A DNA stretch of 60,600 nt from a virus (Duplodnaviria > Caudoviricetes), in IMG/VR virus record IMGVR_UViG_3300024428_000003, positions 1-60,600 of that record. One strand, written 5' to 3'. A program made the translations under genes and the position numbers. The notes beneath the pieces were generated by a model, which was not told the origin of the DNA, did no database searches, and saw nothing but the letters and a program-made list of their open reading frames with translations. This document shows positions 56,459 to 60,600 of the stretch, one piece after another; positions within the stretch are counted from its first letter, which is position 1; every line of letters starts with the position of its first letter.

Positions 56459-57883
56459 ATGGCCGCAAACGGATCATTTACGGGTAGCGCAGGAGCATTA
56501 GCTCACTTAACGCCACGCCCAACACAAACGTTGTTTAACGACAACTATCTAACTCTTGCAGATTTAGATTTTACACAACAATTCTTACCAGAAGTATATG
56601 AGAAAGAAGTAGAAAGATACGGTAACCGTACTATCTCTGGATTCTTACGTATGGTAGGAGCTGAAATGCCTATGGCATCTGACCAAGTAGTATGGTCTGA
56701 GCAAGGGCGTTTACACATTGCATACGACCCAATTGTATCTACAGCAACAACTGTAGTTATTCCTGGAGACGCTGCTAATAACTCAACTAACCTTATTGGA
56801 CCTGGTGCTACTATTGTAGTTGCTTCAGCCAACGGATTAGTTGTTGAGAAAGCTTATGTACAATCTGTTGGTGCACCTGACGCAGCTGGAGATGTAACAC
56901 TTACTGTAGCTGGATATGCTGGAGCTATTACTGCTCATGCTGCTGGTAAAGTATTTGTATACGGTTCTGAATACGCTAAAGGTACAAGCAACGCAGGTAC
57001 ATCTGTAGATGCTGCTTTCGAGCAATTCAACAACAAACCAATCATTCTTAGAGACAAGTATGCTGTAAGCGGTTCTGATACTGCACAAATTGGATGGGTT
57101 GAAGTAACTACTGAAGCTGGAACTTCTGGGTACTTATGGTACTTAAAGTCTGAGCACGAAGCAAGAATTCGTTTTGAGGATCAATTAGAAATGAGTATGA
57201 TTGAAGCTGAAAAAGCTGCCAACGCAATTACGCCGGCTGCTAATTTAGGTGGAGGTACTCAAATTACTGGATCTGATGGACTATTCGCTGCACTTGAAAA
57301 CAGAGGGTTAGTTTATACTGATGCTGATTTCGGAGCTGCTGGAACTGGACTAGAAGATTTCGACGCTATCTTAGGAGAGCTTGATAAGCAAGGAGCAATT
57401 GAAGAGAATATGTTATTCTTAGATCGTTCTACATCTTTAGGTATCGACAATATGTTAGCTGCTCAAAATTCTTATGGAACTGGAGGTACTTCTTTTGGAG
57501 TATTTGAAAATTCTGAAGACATGGCACTTAACTTAGGATTCTCTGGATTCCGAAGAGGTTCTTACGACTTTTACAAAACAGACTGGAAATACTTAAACGA
57601 CGCTACTACACGTGGATTAGTTGGAGATGTTGAAGGTGTTATTGTACCAGCTGGAACTTCAACTGTATATGACCAAGCATTAGGGCAGAACATTTCAAGA
57701 CCATTCTTACACATCCGTTACAGAGCTTCTGAAGCAGATGATAGAAAAATGAAATCTTGGATCACTGGATCTGTTGGTGGAAACTATACAAGTGACGAAG
57801 ACGCAATGAACGTTCATTTCTTATCAGAAAGATGTTTATGTGTACAAGCTGCTAACAACTTTGTGTTATTGAAAAAAGCATAG
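56459..57883 (+). CDS. Major capsid protein
   Basis: 474 aa after the scaffold; strong codon bias; followed by a stable hairpin. Confidence 0.85.
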   Translation: MAANGSFTGSAGALAHLTPRPTQTLFNDNYLTLADLDFTQQFLPEVYEKEVERYGNRTISGFLRMVGAEMPMASDQVVWSEQGRLHIAYDPIVSTATTVVIPGDAANNSTNLIGPGATIVVASANGLVVEKAYVQSVGAPDAAGDVTLTVAGYAGAITAHAAGKVFVYGSEYAKGTSNAGTSVDAAFEQFNNKPIILRDKYAVSGSDTAQIGWVEVTTEAGTSGYLWYLKSEHEARIRFEDQLEMSMIEAEKAANAITPAANLGGGTQITGSDGLFAALENRGLVYTDADFGAAGTGLEDFDAILGELDKQGAIEENMLFLDRSTSLGIDNMLAAQNSYGTGGTSFGVFENSEDMALNLGFSGFRRGSYDFYKTDWKYLNDATTRGLVGDVEGVIVPAGTSTVYDQALGQNISRPFLHIRYRASEADDRKMKSWITGSVGGNYTSDEDAMNVHFLSERCLCVQAANNFVLLKKA

Positions 57884-57896
57884 AGCTTAATTAATG

Positions 57897-57940
57897 TAAT
57901 TCTTACCCTCGTTACATCAACGGGGGTAATTATTACTTTT
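57897..57940 (+). terminator. Terminator-like hairpin after the capsid gene
   Basis: TTACCCTCGTT-ACATC-AACGGGGGTAA followed by T-rich sequence. Confidence 0.7.
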
Positions 57941-57965
57941 ATCAATTATTTAATTTTATTATATT

Positions 57966-58799
57966 ATGGCTAAAAAGGCTAAAGTAGCAGAAGAAACTGT
58001 TGAGGTTGCGCCTCAAATCGTTGCGGAAAAAGCAACACCAAAAGTAAAAGCACCGGTAAAGCCAGTGTTTGAATTTAAAGACAGAACTTATGTTTTAAAA
58101 ACAGGTAAATCACCATTAGTTTATAGTTTACCTTCAAAGCATTCTGCAAGAAAACCTTTATTGTATTTTGACAAAGAATTAGGTTACAATAGAGAAATTA
58201 GATATGCAACAAATCAACCGTCTGCTTTTGTAGACGAACAAAAAGGAACTTCAACATTAGGCAGAATTATATTACGTAATGGCCAATTAGTAGTACCTAA
58301 AGAAAGAGTTGCACTTCAAAAATTATTATCATTATACCACCCATATAAAGATCAAATATATTATGAATTTGATCCTGTTGGAATATCAGAAAATGAATTA
58401 GATTGGATTGAGCTTGAATTAGCGGCTTTAAACGCAGCTAAGAAATTAACTGTAGATGAGGCTGAAGCAATTCTTAGGGTTGAATTTGGAAGCAAGGTTA
58501 GTCAGTTATCTTCTAGTGAGATAAAAAGAGATTTAATGATCTTTGCAAAAAGACAACCTCAAACTTTCATTCAGCTAGTAAATGATGATAATGTTCAATT
58601 AAGAAATGTAGGCGTGAAAGCTGTAGAAGCTGGAATCATAAGCTTATCTCAAGATCAGCGAACATTTTCTTACGGTGACACAAATAGAAAATTATTAACG
58701 ATTCCTTTTGATGAGCACCCTTATTCCGCTTTAGCTGCATACTTCAAGACAGATGAAGGTATGGAGGTTTATAAAGCAATAATGAAGAAACTTTATTAA
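57966..58799 (+). CDS. Conserved hypothetical protein downstream of the capsid gene
   Basis: 277 aa ORF. Confidence 0.7.
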   Translation: MAKKAKVAEETVEVAPQIVAEKATPKVKAPVKPVFEFKDRTYVLKTGKSPLVYSLPSKHSARKPLLYFDKELGYNREIRYATNQPSAFVDEQKGTSTLGRIILRNGQLVVPKERVALQKLLSLYHPYKDQIYYEFDPVGISENELDWIELELAALNAAKKLTVDEAEAILRVEFGSKVSQLSSSEIKRDLMIFAKRQPQTFIQLVNDDNVQLRNVGVKAVEAGIISLSQDQRTFSYGDTNRKLLTIPFDEHPYSALAAYFKTDEGMEVYKAIMKKLY

Positions 58800-58806
58800 G
58801 TTACTT

Positions 58807-58849
58807 TTATAGCGGTTAGGTCGCTTTAAAAGTGGCCTAATCACTATAA
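58807..58849 (+). terminator. Long hairpin (terminator or processing site)
   Basis: TTATAGCGGTTAGGTCGC-TTTAAAA-GTGGCCTAATCACTATAA. Confidence 0.55.
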
Positions 58850-58865
58850 ATAATAATAAAAGAAT

Positions 58866-59651
58866 ATGAGCGTAAGTATAGATACTGTTTACCAAAGAGT
58901 ATTAGGAATACTCAATAAAGAACAACGAGGGTATGTTACGCCTCAGGAATTTAATTTGTTTGCAAATCAAGCTCAAATGGATTTGTTTGAACAATACTTT
59001 TATGACATCAACCAGTTCGGGAGGGTACCAGGCAACGACACTGAATACTCTGACATGCTTGATGTATTAAATAAAAAAATATCAGCATTTGAAACTAAGC
59101 AAGCCTTGATACGTAATCTTACAGATACACGGTTTGTTTTACCAACAGACATGTACCGACTTGGTACAATTATATATAAGCATGTAACAACTAAAGACTT
59201 ATATCCTTCTCCTACTCAACCCGCAAATTACCCAGTAGCAAATCCAACTGTCTACAGACAAGAAAATATACATTATGTTGAAGCTGAAAGGATAAATCAT
59301 AATGAATTTTTATATATAAACTCTTCTCCTTTAACCAAACCTAAGGATTCAAGACCAGTATATACTTCTGATACAGAAGGACTAGAGGTTTACGGTAATT
59401 CTGATATAGTTACGGATGTTAGCGCAACGTATATAAAAAGGCCAAAAAAAGTAGAATGGAAATACCAAACAGTTTATGGAGAAGCATTATATGACTCTAC
59501 TTACTCTGTTAATTTTGAATTAGATCCATCAGAAGAATCTGAATTGGTTATAAAGATATTAGAATTAGCTGGACTGCTAGTTAAAGATTTGAGTATATAT
59601 CAAGTATTTAATTCAGAAGAACAAGAACAAATACAACAAGAAAAAGCATAA
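58866..59651 (+). CDS. Head-tail adaptor / tail ring protein
   Basis: 261 aa; ILNKEQRGYVTPQEFN N-terminus; position after the capsid module. Confidence 0.65.
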   Translation: MSVSIDTVYQRVLGILNKEQRGYVTPQEFNLFANQAQMDLFEQYFYDINQFGRVPGNDTEYSDMLDVLNKKISAFETKQALIRNLTDTRFVLPTDMYRLGTIIYKHVTTKDLYPSPTQPANYPVANPTVYRQENIHYVEAERINHNEFLYINSSPLTKPKDSRPVYTSDTEGLEVYGNSDIVTDVSATYIKRPKKVEWKYQTVYGEALYDSTYSVNFELDPSEESELVIKILELAGLLVKDLSIYQVFNSEEQEQIQQEKA

Positions 59652-59654
59652 TCT

Positions 59655-60566
59655 ATGAGCGTAATAAACCAAACAGACGAACAATACTACTTAGGTCCAG
59701 ACGGTCAATGGAATAGCTGGGATGAAGATTATGGAGCGTACCAATTTACAAGCATTAAAGATATCGTGAATAACTTTATAATATCTTATGTAGGTGAAGG
59801 TAAGATAATAAGCAAAATAAAACGAACGGACGTAGCTTTTCATGCTCAGCGTTGTTTACAAGAGTTTAGCTATGATATTTTACCATCTGTAAAGTCACAA
59901 GAAATAGAGATAGGGCCAAGCCTGAATTTTATACTGCCTAAAGATTATGTAAATTATGTTAAGGTAACATGGACAGACGAAAGAGGGATTGAAAGAGTAG
60001 TCTACCCTGCTATAAAAACTTCAAATCCATTACCTATATTGCAAGGATCAGACTACCAATACTTGTACGATGAGCAAAACAGGGAACTATTATTAGCGGA
60101 TCAATCGCAAACAAAGACAGCTTTCCAATCCGCACCTAGTGGTCAACAAAATTCAGACAATATAAATAGCTCTGACATAATTGCTAATAATCACTTTGGA
60201 AGAAGATATGGGCTAACGCCAGAAAGAGCTCAAGCTAATGGTGTATTTTATATAGATCCCATAGCCAACATAATAAACTTTGACTCTAGCTTTGTAGGTA
60301 GAATAGTCACATTAAAATATATATCTGACGGCTTAAGCGGGGACGACGAGGATCTTACAGTACATAAATTTGCAGAGGAAGCAATGTATAAATACATAGC
60401 TCACGCGATTTTAGCAACGAGAATCAATACTCCGGAATACTTAGTTAATAGATTTAAAAGAGAATTAGCTGCTGCGAGACGTAATACAAAAATAAGATTA
60501 TCAAATATTAAAATAGAGGAAATTGCTCAAGTTATGCGCAATAAGTCCAAAATCATAAAACACTAG
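59655..60566 (+). CDS. Tail ring/tubular protein
   Basis: 303 aa; LPKDYVNYVKV; precedes the stabilization protein across the circular junction. Confidence 0.65.
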   Translation: MSVINQTDEQYYLGPDGQWNSWDEDYGAYQFTSIKDIVNNFIISYVGEGKIISKIKRTDVAFHAQRCLQEFSYDILPSVKSQEIEIGPSLNFILPKDYVNYVKVTWTDERGIERVVYPAIKTSNPLPILQGSDYQYLYDEQNRELLLADQSQTKTAFQSAPSGQQNSDNINSSDIIANNHFGRRYGLTPERAQANGVFYIDPIANIINFDSSFVGRIVTLKYISDGLSGDDEDLTVHKFAEEAMYKYIAHAILATRINTPEYLVNRFKRELAAARRNTKIRLSNIKIEEIAQVMRNKSKIIKH

Positions 60567-60600
60567 AATATGCCAGAATTAATTCACACGTTTACGTAAG
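60335..60600. repeat. Terminal direct repeat, copy 2
   Basis: Matches 1-266. Confidence 0.97.

Noticed and set aside
236-60566. Stop-codon reassignment as seen in some crAss-like phages
   Set aside because: Long genes are intact under the standard code, and both TAG and TGA are used as stops.

Overview
A complete, circularly permuted phage genome of about 60,334 bp; positions 1-266 repeat 60335-60600 with 3 mismatches. It is a podovirus-type dsDNA phage, most likely infecting aquatic Bacteroidota (Flavobacteriia). This is inferred from the AT-rich leaders without Shine-Dalgarno motifs and from a gene set resembling the crAss-related and Cellulophaga phi38:1-like phages. The minus-strand arm (20.3-39.4 kb) holds small early genes behind 10 copies of a 36-bp promoter-like motif, a cluster of small structured RNAs, a sigma factor, ERF/RecE-like recombination genes, SSB, a primase-helicase, thyA and nrdAB; no DNA polymerase was recognised. 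The plus-strand arm (39.8 kb through the end and on to 20.1 kb) holds GroEL/GroES, basic internal proteins, TerL, portal, scaffold, major capsid, tail, ejection and lysis genes. Four things stand out. (1) A ~970-nt GC-rich, ORF-free RNA at 40752-41724, closed by end-to-end pairing and followed by a terminator. (2) A 2948-aa ejection polyprotein containing a zincin motif, five recurring Q-[FY]-[SA] linker motifs, a sigma-70 region-2-like domain and a HAD domain; it may inject a sigma factor for the non-host-type early promoters. (3) A 79-nt tmRNA reduced to its tRNA-like domain. (4) A strand-biased GTGTATAGCA motif concentrated in the early arm. All calls come from reading the sequence by eye; no database searches were run.
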